A stretch of 64,000 nucleotides of DNA from Octopus vulgaris (GCA_951406725.2 OX597827.1:69502001-69566000), one strand, 5' to 3'; counted from the stretch's first letter, positions 12,641 to 25,689 are shown. Notes: generated by a model not told the origin, from the letters alone. Numbers and translations are program-made.

Positions 12641-14846
12641 AAATTGAGAGAATGGAGTATATTCATCAGGCTGAATATACCTTAGTTAAATGAAGGTTAC
12701 ATTGTCATCAAGAATACAAGTGGTTTTGATGGGATCCAGTGAGATACAAGACTGCAGTGTGCTCAACATCAGCTTTGCCTTTTTTTACTATGACTGGGTG
12801 CTGCTATTTTCATGATGACTGTAATTAGTGGGATTACCAGGTAGCTTGCAAGTTGGGAAAGGACAAGAAAAAGGAAAAGCAGTAAGGGTTGGAGGCAGGT
12901 GAAGGGAATCCCCTTTTGACTAAGTGATGGGAATATTTTAGAGTGGAGAGGTGATTTTTATGCCAAGGAAAAGTAAGGACGAGCAGAGGTAGAGATGTCT
13001 TGCTATAGAAAAGATACCTGACTACCCTCCCTTTATATAAGGGAGGGTGGGAGTCTATCTGGGAGGAGACAAATTCAAAGACACGCACACACACACACAC
13101 ATATATATATGTGATAGGCTTCTTTCAGTTTCTGTCTACCAAACCCACTCACAAGGCTTTGGTTGGCCTAAGGCTACAGTGGAAGATACTTGCCAAAGGT
13201 GCTACACAGAACCCAGAACCATATGGTTCGTAAGCAAGCTTCTTACCACACAGACACGCCTGCCTCTATATTCACAAAATTGTAAGAATTGTTTCTCAAA
13301 TTAATCAAACTTATTATTATACTTGCTACATATGTGTGTGTGTGTGCGTGTGTGTATATTTCTCTCATTTCAGTATATGTAAACCCCAACACTTGATGCA
13401 CGTCCTTGTATTATCTCCCTCCATCCTTCGCCCTGGTATCATATAAAAGAAATCATCATCATCATCATTGAATTCACATATAAATCTCTATCCTGGTGTA
13501 TGTAAGACGTTCGAATCCTGACATAATTTTTTTCTACAGACATAGTATATCTAGGATGCATTATCCAACGTGTTCTACTTTCAAAGATAACAGTATGTGA
13601 TTTGAAGGAGATTTTGTTGTTATTTGTAATAGGTTGGTCGACCATATAGTCTAAATACTCGTTCGTTGCTTTCACACGTTAGACAAACATTTGGACATTA
13701 TGTAAAAACGAATCCTGTTAAAGGGAGGTAATTTCATGTATGTACATTATAATCGTATTAACTCCCTTTGATAAATGCTTCCACACAAAGCCTTCTCTCT
13801 CTCTCTGACACACACACACAAAGTTATAGCAGCCAAAATTCCCTCGACATTCCCTTCAAAATGGCATGGACAAATTAGTTAATGATCGGCATAGAACAAG
13901 TGATTGCGTGACTTGTTGAGAGCCTTTTATACGTACAGCTCATGGATACAGGATGGACTCTGATGATACTCATTTGAAAGAGGTGACAAATGACATGCAT
14001 ATATCCATATGGAGTGGTTGGTGTAAGTTTTGGCATCCAGCTGTAGAAACCATGCCAAATCAGACTGGAACCTGGGGCAGCTCTCTGCTATACCAGTTCC
14101 AGTTAAACCGTCCAACCCATGCCAGCATGGAAAGCAGACATTACATAACGATGATGATAATATATATTCTTTTACTTGTTTCAGCCATGCTGGAGCACCA
14201 CCTTAAATGGTTTTAGTGGAAGAAATCAACTTATTCTATCAGTATCAATTATCCCCGTTTTTGGATACGGAGGTTCTGGAAAATTATCAAAAATTGGCAT
14301 TGTGAAATTTTCCCCCCAACTTCTTCAATTCTGACTTTTTTCCCCAACACTAACCCTAACCCTAAAACCTTAACCATAACTGTAAGTGTACAGAAATGTT
14401 TTGAAATTTTTGTCCGAATCCTGATGTCCGGATTTTTCCGCATAAATATGCGGAAAAAAAAATTCTTGAAAAAAATTTTACAAAGATATTTGGAAATTTT
14501 TTTCAGAATCATAATCTCCATATTTTCCTGCAAATTTTGAAAAAAACATTGTGAGAAAAGTTTAAAATGAAGGAAATAGGGGTTGGGGGTGGTAATTTAG
14601 AAATGTCGATTTTTGCCAGTTTTTTTTTGTAGATTCGTATTCCCCGTAGCTGAAAAGGGGAGTTTGTGTCGAAAAAAAAATTTTTTTTTAAAGGGTGGTT
14701 TTTGTGGGGGGACGGGCGGAAGTCTTGCCAAAGGGCATCCAACTGTAAAACAAAATCTCAGTAGTACATTCATTTAATGCATGCTGGCATGGAATAGAAA
14801 AATGGATGTAAAAAAATAAAAAAGAATGAAATGAAGTAATACTCAC

Positions 14847-14890
14847 ACAGAGTTGAAGAGGTAGGCACGTCCTAAACTTCCTTGGAAAGA
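14847..14890 (-). CDS. YPEL: Yippee-like protein, coding exon 2 (SFQGSLGRAYLFNSV), 44 nt
   Basis: Acceptor TCTTTTACAG|, donor |GTGAGT. Fills the gap in the YPEL motif in the correct phase. Too short to appear as such in the ORF track. Confidence 0.96.
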
Positions 14891-15102
14891 CTGTAAAAGA
14901 AACAAGGAAAAAAATTAGATGAAGGACGGAAACCACAAACTAGAATTTCATTTATTAAATAGTCTTTATTTATTTCATATTTTGACCTTTATTACTCCTC
15001 CAGGTCAGTGCAACACTCCATAATGTTTTTCCTATTCAAAGAAGACAGGGGTAACCTCCAGAAGTATATATGTGCATAAGTGTGAATATATGTACAGATA
15101 TA

Positions 15103-15613
15103 CCGTAAATCCTCAAGTATAGTCCACCCTTGAGTATAATACGCAGGGGATTTTTAGGGGGCTGTACCTCTGAAAAACCTAAACCTTGTGTGTAATACGC
15201 ACCCCTTCTCTAACTTGAGTCAAGGAGGTCTATATAATGTCCTTGGTTTGTAAAACTGTATACGGTAATGTCCTTTATTATTATTGTGTATATAACATAA
15301 TGCAAATGTGTAGCTTTTTTGTGCATTTTGTTTACAGAAAATAAAGAAATAACAGTAATAACGTTTAATAAATGTTGTTTACTGCAAGTTATGGATGATT
15401 CTTTTATGACTTCATTGATTTCAGGCTTAGCTTAAGGTATTTTTGCGCCCGACATCAGAAAATGCGTCTGAATAAACATTGCTGGACAGCAAATAGAGAC
15501 TGACATTGCTTAGAAAATATTTATCATTTTTAACCTTGTATATAGTACGCACTAGGGATTTTGACCTTTAAATTTTGGGGAAAAAAGTGCGGATTATACT
15601 TGAGGATTTCCGC
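15103..15613. mobile_element. Tc1/mariner (Tc2/pogo-like) MITE
   Basis: TA-CCGTAAATCCTCAAGTATA ... TATACTTGAGGATTTCCGC imperfect TIRs. Confidence 0.7.
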
Positions 15614-15928
15614 AAGAAACCTGTTCCTGTCATCCCTCTATTGTATGTTCACAACCTCCAATACTTTATCTCATTCAATTTAACAACAGTTAGAATGCTG
15701 GATAAAATGTGTTGAAATATCAGTCCCAGCTTACTGAATTCATCATCATCATTTAACATTATTATAGGCACTGGAGTGGCTGTGTGGTAAGTAGCTTTCT
15801 TACCAACCACATAGTTCCAGGTTCAGTCCCACTGCATGGCACCCTGGGCAAATGTCTTCTACTATAGCCTCAGGTCGACCAAAGCCTTGCGAGTGGATTT
15901 GGTAGATGGAAACTCAAAGAAGCTCGTC

Positions 15929-15986
<58 letters not shown>

Positions 15987-16201
15987 AATAAAATGTTTTG
16001 AATGACAGAACAATGCACTCTAATACAAACAATGGACTATAATCACTGTTGTAATTTAACCATCCATAGTCTGATAATATTTCTGAATAAAAATTCCTTC
16101 TTCAGATATCCCTAGCAATTGATGGAGTCGCTGCTATAATTGGTTTTCTAGCGGCTTTTCTGTTTTCTTTTATTCCCGGAAGCATCTCCTATATACTCTC
16201 T

Positions 16202-16232
<31 letters not shown>

Positions 16233-16375
16233 TGTCCAACCCATGCTAGCATGGAAAGCGGACGTTAAACGATGATGATATATATAGGGAGAATTCGCAA
16301 AAAAACAAAAGACGAAGACAGGTGGTGTAGACAACAAATAGGCGTATTAGTATAACGCTCGTGAAGTGAAAAAGA

Positions 16376-16411
16376 CTTTGACGTTTCGAGCCTAAACTCT
16401 TCCACAGAAAG
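16376..16411 (-). ncRNA. Hammerhead-like motif with variant core CUGUGGA
   Basis: Minus strand: CTTT-CTGTGGA-A-GAGT(TTAG)GCTC-GAAAC-GTC-AAAG. Confidence 0.5.
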
Positions 16412-18749
16412 GAACACAGAAAGAAACAAGGAGAGAAAATAAAGAATGTGTAGTGGCTAGTAATCTATCAAGGTGAGGTGTTTGTGTATGTATATGTGTG
16501 CATGTTAAAAAAGAAAGGTACTGGTAGTGAGTTGTTTGACTAAGAATTCTTCAAGACAGTACTCCAGCATGGCAACAGCCTAATGACTGAAACAAATAAA
16601 AGTCCTTGTGTTGACATCAGACAAAATGAAGTTGAACTGCCTGAAATCACCCTATTACTTGACTGGTATTGTATATTAATATTAAAAGGATGAGATCAAA
16701 ATGAACCCAGAAAAAACAGACAGATGTAACTCACCATCGCCACTCAAATAAGGTTCTGACTACTTTGAAATAGGATGTATATTCCTTGATATACAAATTA
16801 TATATTAATTAACATGGTGAATAAGCAAACCACTGATGAGTACCCTTCATTCATTGGACAATAAACTTTGCTTGCAAAGACCTGTTGAGGCAAGTGAAAT
16901 CAAAATTGCTGATGTGGCCGATGACAGTACTGCCTGATTGGCACTTGTGCCAGTGGAACATTAAAAGCACCATCTGATCGTGACCGTTGCCAGGGCCACT
17001 GACTGGCTCCCATGCCAGTGGCATGTAATAATCACCATTCGAGCATAATCGTTGCGAGCCTTGCCTTACTGGTACATGAAAAACAACATTCTAGCATGGT
17101 TGTTGCCAGTGCTGCTGGACTGACTCCTGTGCAGGTGGCATGTAAAAAGCACCTTTTGAGCGTGGTCATTGCCAGTACCGCGTGACTGGCCCTTGTGCCG
17201 GTGGCACGTAAAAGCACCCACTACGCTCACAGAGTGGTTGGCGTTAGGAAGGGCATCCAGCTAGAGAAACTTTGCCAGATCAGATTGGAGCTTAGTGCAG
17301 CCATCTGGCTTGCCAGTCCTCAGTCAAACCATCCAACCCATGCCAGCATGGAAAGCGGACGTTAAACGACAACGATGATGATGATGAGGGCTACCATCAC
17401 TACTATCACCACCCAGATGCCTTCACTATTTTGATACAGGGTTTATATTCCTCAATATAGGGCCCACATTCTCACAATCATCAATCACCACCCATTACTT
17501 GAAAGCAGATGCATATTCTGCTGATAAATGCTCACCACCATCAAAATCCAAATGTCGCAACTATGATATTTGACACAGTGTATATACTCCGTGAAGGCAC
17601 ATGGCTTAGTGGTTAGGGCATTCGGCTCACGACTGTAAGGTCGTGAGATCAATTCCCGGTAACGCGTTGTGTCCTTGAGCAAGACACTTTAAGCTTGATC
17701 TATTACATATGAATATCTATATATTTATACTTAAATATTCATTGCAAATTCCGCTGAGGTCAACTTTGCTTTTCATCTTTTCGGGGTAGATAAATTAATT
17801 ACCAATTGCATACTGGGGTCAATCTAATTCACAGGCCCCAGACCCCAAAATTTCAGGCCTTGTGCTTAGAGCAGAAAAGAACATCCTTTGTCTGAAAATC
17901 TTCAGTCTTTGCCTTCTTTCTGTTTGCAAGTATACGCAAATATATATGAAGGTGCGTGGCTTGGTGGTTAGGGTATTCGGCTCATGATCATAAGGCTGTG
18001 AGTTCAATTCCTGGTGATGTGTTGTGACCTTGAGCAAGACACTTTATTTCATCATGTTGCTCTAGTCCACTCAGCTGGCAAAAATGAGTTGTACATGTAT
18101 TTCAAAGGGGCCAGCCTTGTCACACTGAATCTCCCCGAGAACTACTTTAGGGATACACGTGTCTGTGGATTGCTCAGTCACTTGCACGTTAATTTCACGA
18201 GCAAGCTGTGACCCTTGTCGTCGTAATCGACAGAGTGCTCCTATATACTCCTTGAAATACAGGGTGTATATTCATTGATGCATGGCCTACACCACTACCA
18301 TCATCACCCAGATATCTTAATTATTGCACGCAATTTGATTAACTAAAGTTTGATCTTGTTTTGTCCCAGGTCAAATCAGATCAAGTAGACTTATGATCAA
18401 AGGTGTTTCAGATGTGACCATCTTGTCATTTTAGAAGCATCATCATCATTATCATCACTGTTTAACATCTGCCTTCCATGCTGGCATAGGTTGGATGGTT
18501 TGACAGGAGCCGGCTAAGTAGAAGACTACCCCAGGCTACTGTGTCTGTTTTGGCAGGGTTTTTCCAGCTGGATGCCCTTCCTAACACCAACTGCCCAGCA
18601 GAGTGGATGGAGTGCTTTTTACATGGCACAAGGACAGGTGAGGTCAGTTTAGGCATGGTTTTTATGGCTGGATGCCCTTCCAAATGCCAACCACTTTACA
18701 GTGTGGACTGGATGCTTTTTATGAGACAAAGGTAATAAAAGCAAGTAAA

Positions 18750-19290
18750 CAAAGGAAGACAAAGTGGAGAGGAAAAGGCATAGAAGACAAAGGGAGACAT
18801 GGTGGAACAAGAAGAAGTATGGTCAACAAGAGACATAGAAACAAAGGGAGACATGCTGGGACAGGAGGAGGCACGGTGGACATAAGGAGATATGGTGGAC
18901 ACATGGAGGCATAGTGGACAAGAGACATAGAAGACAAAGGGAGACAAGGTGGGACAGGTGGACAGGAGACACAGAAGACAAAAGGAAACATAGTGGTCAG
19001 AAGACAGAAGTGGACAAAGTAAACGGAGACACAAATGGACGGAGGCGGAGAAGAGACACAAATGGACAGAAGGAGGCACAAATGGAAAGAAGGAGATGCA
19101 AATGGACAGAAGGATACACAAAGGGACAGAAGGAGTCACAAATGGACTGAAGGAGGCACAAATGGACAGGAGACTAAAATGGAAAGAAGGAGATGCAAAT
19201 GGACAGAAGGATACACAAATGGACAGAAGGAGGCACAAATGGACAGAAGCATACACAAATGGCCAGATGGAAACACAATTGGATAAAAGA
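18750..19290. repeat. Degenerate ~20-22 bp purine-rich minisatellite
   Basis: GGAG(A/G)CACAAATGGACAGAA units. Confidence 0.85.
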
Positions 19291-19486
19291 AAGGACAAGA
19301 CAAAATAAGCAGTCATGAAGAGAAGAAGAAAATAGAAGGATAAGGTGGACATAAGAAAATAATAATAAAAGTTGACAAAATACAAAGAAAAACAGAAAAA
19401 CACAACAGAAGCAAGACAAGGAAACCTGTGAAGGAGACAAACACTTAGAAGAGACAAAGAAGAAAACAGGTGAAGAAGGAAGACGA

Positions 19487-19527
<41 letters not shown>

Positions 19528-19616
19528 TTAAAGAGAAGAATATGGGAGAGAAGGAGAAGGAGACTGTGGAGAAGGAGGAGGTGAAAGAAGGAGGAAGTGG
19601 AGGAGGAGTTAGTTAC

Positions 19617-19721
19617 CTTGGAAATGAGTTCATCATGGTTAGCAAGATGTGCACGGCAATGCACACAGCTGTATGTGCGATGGCACTTGGGCGGTAAGTA
19701 GGCTTGGAATGTCTTCACCAT
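19617..19721 (-). CDS. YPEL: Yippee-like protein, coding exon 1 ([35 protein letters not shown]). The exon probably starts at 19827 and includes 5'UTR
   Basis: Translation matches the YPEL1-4 N-terminus with the first CxxC. Donor AAG|GTAACT at 19616. Upstream acceptor TTTTTCTTGCTGTCCACAG| at 19828. Confidence 0.97.
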
Positions 19722-20216
19722 TCTTGGAAGCAGTTGTCATGGAAACATAGCCGCTCGCACTGACGTTGTTCTGCTAGTGCAGTCACGCCACGGCTGAACA
19801 AAACGGAGGTCGTCAAAGTGAGGGGACCTGTGGACAGCAAGAAAAATAAATATTAAAAACAAACACACACAAAAAAAAAAAGAAAAACGGATAAGATGAA
19901 AAAAGAAAACTGAGTAAATATAAACCTATGGTCAAAGGCTCTTCAACTGTGGCCATCACATCTAATTTATTTTATTTTTTAATCATAACATATCTAGGAT
20001 TTTATTATCCAATATGTCCTTCCTTTTTTCCCTTTCATAGCAGGATATCATTTCAGAGAGTTTTAACTGCTATTTCTAGGAGATTGAGTATCTACATACG
20101 AGACTCCTTCATACGTTTGTTAAGTTGTGGATGATAGTCTTGCTAAGAAACACAGAGCATCCCAAAATAAATACAGTAACAAAAGGGTTAAAATATATAA
20201 TAGAAAAAACAATTCT

Positions 20217-20671
20217 TAACCCTTTTGATACCAACCTGGCTGAAACCACCTCGGGCTCTGAGTACAAATGTCTTGTTTTCATAAGTTTTGAATAAAAATC
20301 TTCCAACAAACCTTAGTCACAATTTATGTTCCTAACACCAGCTGAATGATAACCAAGTTATTTTACTAAATTCTTGGGTATATTTTAAGTAATTGAAAGA
20401 AACACAGAGCATCTCAACAGAAATACAGTAACGAAAGGGTTAACCCTTTCATCTTCAAACTGGCCATATCCAGCCCAAATATTCTATCTGTTTTATGTTG
20501 AAACAAACCAGATCAGGCCTCTTACACCGACCTTATAATGTTATGTTATTCTAAAAGTAAATAACCACATCATCAAAATTTGGAAGCTATGAGATAATAC
20601 ATGATTACTTCAAAGGAATGTGAATGAATAAGCCTTACATTTAACTGAGTAAACTGAATGCTAAAGGGTTA
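20217..20671. mobile_element. Two adjacent piggyBac-like MITEs sharing a TTAA
   Basis: TTAA-CCCTTT...AAAGGG-TTAA-CCCTTT...AAAGGGTTA. The first family also occurs at 2429-2658, the second at 9663-9886 and 52830-53043. Confidence 0.7.
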
Positions 20672-20880
20672 CTTTTACTTGTTTCAGTCATTTGACTGTG
20701 GCCATGCTGGAGTACCGCCTTTAGTCGAGCAAATCGACCCCAGGACTTATTCTTTGTAAGCCTAGTACTTATTTTATCGGTCTCTTTTGCTGAACCGCTA
20801 AGTTACAGGGACGTAAACACACCAGCATTGGTTGTCAAACGATGTTGGGGGGACAAACACTGACACACAAACATACATAT

Positions 20881-20916
<36 letters not shown>

Positions 20917-21697
20917 TATATACGACGGGCTTCTTTCAGTTTCTGTCTACCAAATCCGCTCACAAGTCTTTGGTCGGCCCGAGGCTATAGCAGAAGACAC
21001 TTGCCCAAGGTGCCATGCAGTGGGACTGAACCCGGAACCATGTGGTTTGTAAGCAAGCTACTTACCACACAGTCACTCCTATCATCATCATCATTTAGCG
21101 TCCGTTTTCCATGCTAGCATGGGTTGGACGGTTCAACTGGGGTCTGGGGAGCCCGAAGGCTGCACCAGGCCAGTCAGATCTGGCAGTGTTTCTACAGCTG
21201 GATGCCCTTCCTAACGCCAACCACTCCGAGAGTGTAGTGGGTGATTTTATGTGCCACCGACACAGGTGCCAGACGAGTCTGGCGAACGGCCACGCTCGGA
21301 TGGTGTTTTTATGTGCCACCGACACAGGTGCCAGACGAGGCTGGCAGACGACCACGCTCGGATGGTGTTTTTATGTGCCACCGACACAGGTGCCAGATGA
21401 GGCTGGCGGACGGCCACGATCGGATGGTGTTTGTTACATCCCCAAAGCACGGAGGCCAGTCTATGCGGTACTGGCTACGGCCACGTTCGGATGATTTTCT
21501 TGTGTGCCACCGGCACTGGTACCACAAAGATACAAATTCCATTGATGTTCATCTATTTTGATTTGTTTTGATTTGATTTGATTTTCACTTGCCTATGTTA
21601 AAACAAATTATTTTTTTTATCTTGAAATTTATAAATTTTTATGATGTAAAAAAAAAAAATAGCCGTTGATAAAAAGGAAATACCAAAAAAATGAGTA

Positions 21698-22018
21698 CAG
21701 GAGAAACCTCAGTTTGTGAAGGCCCTTATCACAAGCAAATCAGCTTATGAACAATTTTGCGAACATAAAACATCTTGAGTGATGAATGGTGCCTTGAGTA
21801 ACAAACATGCAAGTCGGCAACAATGGTTGGCAACAAGCTGGAAGAAACAGTCGGAGGGCATCACTCGCTGGTTTAGCTTTCATTCAGTGTACATCTCTGA
21901 TCAAAAATTCATTGTGCCTTCTCTAGAATTTCCTATGGGGAGAATAGTTTTGGTTTATGAACATTTCGGAACGGCCTTCAGGAAAAAAAATTAAGTTCAT
22001 AAACTGGGGTTTCACTTG
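21698..22018. mobile_element. Tigger/pogo-like MITE
   Basis: TA-CAGGAGAAACCTCAGTTTGTGAA ... TTCATAAACTGGGGTTTCACTTG-TA. Confidence 0.6.
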
Positions 22019-22831
22019 TACACGAAATTATTGAACACGGGAAGTAATTTTCAGAGAAACAATTTCAGTAACGAGGAAAATAAATAAATCCTGTAACGAG
22101 CCAAATGACACGTTTAGCAGCTGTAAATTAAGAGGTTATGAGATAGCTTAACCAAAGCAACAAGAACAGGATATCATGAAAATGGAACAAACATTGAATT
22201 GTAATTAGACAAAGAGGAAAACTTCAAAACAGCACGGCTATACATAGATAAACAGCAGTGAAGATAACACATACTCTTTTACTCGTTTAAATTATATGAC
22301 TGTGGCCATGCTGGAGCATCTATCAGTCCCTTTTGCCGAACTACTAAGGTACGGGGATGTAAACACACCAACATCGGTTGTCAAGTGATGGTGTGGGAAC
22401 AAAGATATGATGGGCTTCTTTCACTTTCCGTCTGCCAAATCCACTCACAAGGCATTGGCCGGCTGGCCGGCCGGCCGGAGGCTATAGTAGAAGACACTTG
22501 CTCAAGGTGCCATGTAGTGGGACTGAACCCAGGACCATGAGGAAATTGACCCCAGGACTTGTTTTTTGGAAGCCTAGTACTTAATCTATCGTTCTCTTTT
22601 GCTGAACCGCTAAGTTACAGGGACGTAAACACACCAGCATCGGTTGTCAAGCGATGTTGGGGGAACAAACACAGACACACACACAAATATATACATATAT
22701 ATGACGGGTTTCTTTCAGTTTCCATATACCAAATCCACTCACAAGGCTTTGGTCGGCCCAAGGCTATAGTAGAAGACACTTGCCCAAGGTGCCACGCAGT
22801 GGGACTGAACCCGGTACCATGTGGTTGGTAA

Positions 22832-23365
22832 GCATCATCACTTAATGTCCGTTTTCCATGCTAGTATGGGTTGGATGGTTCGACCGGGGTCTGGGAAGCC
22901 AGGAGGCTGCACCAGGCTCCAGTAGGATCTGGTAGTGTTTCTACAGCTGGATGCCCTTCCTAACACCAACCACTCCATGAGTGTAGTGGGTGCTTTTTAC
23001 ATGCCACCAGCATGGACGCCAATAAAGGCAGAGCTGGCATCAGCCACATTCGGATGGTATTTTTTATGTGTCACCAGTACAGGTATCACAACTACAATTT
23101 CCATTTGATTTTTTATTTTGATGATGATGTACTTGACTCAATAGGTCTCCTCAGGCACAGCAGGTCGCCCTACAATCCAAGGTGAGCACAGCAGGCCATC
23201 CTCACTTCATTTGTCGGGTCTTCGCAGTCATAGCATACCTCCAGAGGTCTCGGTCTTTCATCATTGCCTCTGTGAGGCCCAACATTCGAAGGTCATGCTT
23301 GACCACCTCATCCCATGTCTTCCTGGGTCTACCTCTACCCTGGATTCCTTCAACTGTTTGGGAGT
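22832..23365 (-). mobile_element. RTE LINE 3' end continuous with the abundant 'CATCATCGTTTAACGTCCG...' repeat (its 3'UTR)
   Basis: VEGIQGRGRPRKTWDEVVKHDLRMLGLTEAMMKDRDLWR* followed by the repeat. Other copies of the repeat at ~1207, 11966, 16880-17385, 21082, 34730, 48545, 49880, 50680 and 54080. Confidence 0.75.
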
Positions 23366-25119
23366 AGCAATTCATATTATAAAAAAATTCATATTTAAAA
23401 TCATATTTAAAATCATATTAAAAAAAAAAATACTTATAAATTGTGGGGTGCATCTTATGTGAGAATGCATCTTATAAAGCCAGTAAATATGATAGATAAA
23501 AACAGATCACGAGAGAATGTAAAGCCAGACAAATGGAATGAAAATGTCATTAAAAAATTTTTAATTAAAAAAGTATTCCAAATTAAAAAAAATTAACTAT
23601 TCTATGTACAAAACTGCACTAAAATGGCCTGGCTCTTTGTCAGTTGTGACAATGAGTGTTCCAGCTGACCCAATCAGTAGAATAGCTTTCTTGTGAAATT
23701 AATGTACAAGTGGCTGAGTACACCAGACTCACGTACCTTTTGAATTACAGGTACTACTCATTTTTGTAAGCTGAGTGAACTGGAGCAACATGAAATAAAG
23801 TGTCTTGCTTAAGGACATAATGTGGTTTTGGGAATCAAACTTACGGCCTTAGGATCACAAGCCAAATACCCTGACCACCAAGCCATGCACCTTCTCACAT
23901 TAAAATAAGCACACAGACATATTAACACTCGTTATCATATACACACACACACTGAATAAGTCAGCTGTTATTGTTTTAGAACACCAGGAATTTAAACAAT
24001 TCAAAAGATAGTTAATGAGGTGGTGGTGGTCACAACTGGAGGGGTGGTGCAGGGAAAGAGGATTGAATGCACTTGCATAACTTTCATCTTAAATGGTTCT
24101 CATTTAGGTTTTTTTTGTCTTTTTTGAATATGAAAATTTATTACATAACAGATGGTTAGCCAGGTCTTTGTGTCTGTATGTGTGTGCATGGAGAGAGATA
24201 CCAGACACACATGAAACACACACACAAAAGGCACTCAAAAAATCACTTTAGCATTCAAAACAATACAATATATTTTTTATTTTGTTCCAATATTCTAATT
24301 TAGATTTTTAATACTTTTTTTTTGCCATTTTGTCATTGTGTGTGTGTGTGTGTGTGTGTATGCATCTCCTCGTGTTTGCGTTTGTCCCTTCACGACTGCC
24401 TGACGTCCCTGTAACCCAGAAATTTCACTAAAAAAAGACCGACAGACTAAGAACCAGATTCAAAACATAAGTACTGGGGGTGATGCTCCAGCATGGCCAC
24501 AATCCAATGATTGAAACCAATAAAAGATGAAAGATAGGCAGAGGCATGGCTTTGTGGTAAGAAGCTTGCTTACCAACCACATGGTTCCGGGTTCAGTCTT
24601 GTTATGTAGCACCTTGGGCAAGGGTCTTCTACTAAAGCTTTAGGCCAACCAAAGCCTTGTGAGTGCATTTGGTAGATGGAAACTGAAAGAAGCCTGTTGT
24701 GTAGATATACTTGCACGTCTACGTGTGTATCTTTTGCGTCTGTATTTGTCCCCTCAACACCACTTGACAACCGATGTTGGTGTGTTTATATCCTCATAAC
24801 TTAGCAGTTCGGCCAAAGAGACCGATAGAATAAGTACTAGGCTTTAAAAATAAGTCCTGGGGTAGATTTGTTTGACTAAAACCTTTCAAGGCAGTGCTCC
24901 AGCATGGCTGCAGTCAGATGACTGAAACATGTAGATGAAATATATATATATATAGGTGCAGGAGTGGCTGTGTGGTAAGAAACTTGCTTCCCAACCACAT
25001 AGTTCCAGGTTCAGTCCCACTGCATGGCATCTTGGGCAAAGGTCTTGCAGGGGATTGCCTCAGGGTGACCCAAGCCTTGTTAGTGAATTTGGTAAACAGA
25101 AACTGAAAGAAGCCCATTG

Positions 25120-25181
<62 letters not shown>

Positions 25182-25343
25182 TAGTTGTATACTGTCAACT
25201 TAATGTGACAGTCCCATGAAGGGAATCACATTACTGCTATTTAGCCCTAGGAAGCAGCAACGCTTCCTGTCGGCCATCACACATTTCCTGTGTCCTTATG
25301 TTTACAAGGGGGAGATAAGCACCTCCACCCAGCTAAGCCTGCA

Positions 25344-25386
25344 TCCAGAGACTAGTTTCTGAGTCATTGCTCGTCATCAGTCTGGA
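25344..25386 (-). ncRNA. Type I hammerhead ribozyme motif
   Basis: Minus strand: TCCAGA-CTGATGA-CGAGCAATGACTCA-GAAAC-TA-GTC-TCTGGA. 6-bp helix I, palindromic ACTAGT helix III. Confidence 0.75.
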
Positions 25387-25689
25387 GTAGCATGACCTTT
25401 TTGTTTGACTTCATATTACATCTTATATGACTCGATGCCTGTACAGACTAACCTGTTCTAGGAAATGAACATCTTAGCCACTAGGCCACGTGCCTTCACA
25501 CAGTTATTTCAATAAAGCTCACTTAAGTTCTGATTATTTTCAGAATCAAGACACAAAGGTAGGGTGTATTCATCTCACAAATATGGTGAAAAAAGAAAAA
25601 GGTTTTAGGAAATAAATAATAAAAAAATCCCAAAAGTACAATGGGACCATTGTTTTTTTTTTGGGTGAGGATTGATAAAGGGTGGAAGA

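Noticed and set aside
13021-13055. Hairpin CCCTCCCTT-TATAT-AAGGGAGGG
   Set aside because: Single short palindrome in degraded repeat-like DNA with no supporting context
14350-14375. Telomere-like TAACCC repeats (also TTAGGG at ~623-636)
   Set aside because: Only 2-3 units, embedded in transposon-like sequence
18696-19616. 341-aa ORF extending YPEL exon 1
   Set aside because: Read-through past a good donor into stop-poor CT-rich repeat. The translation is low-complexity
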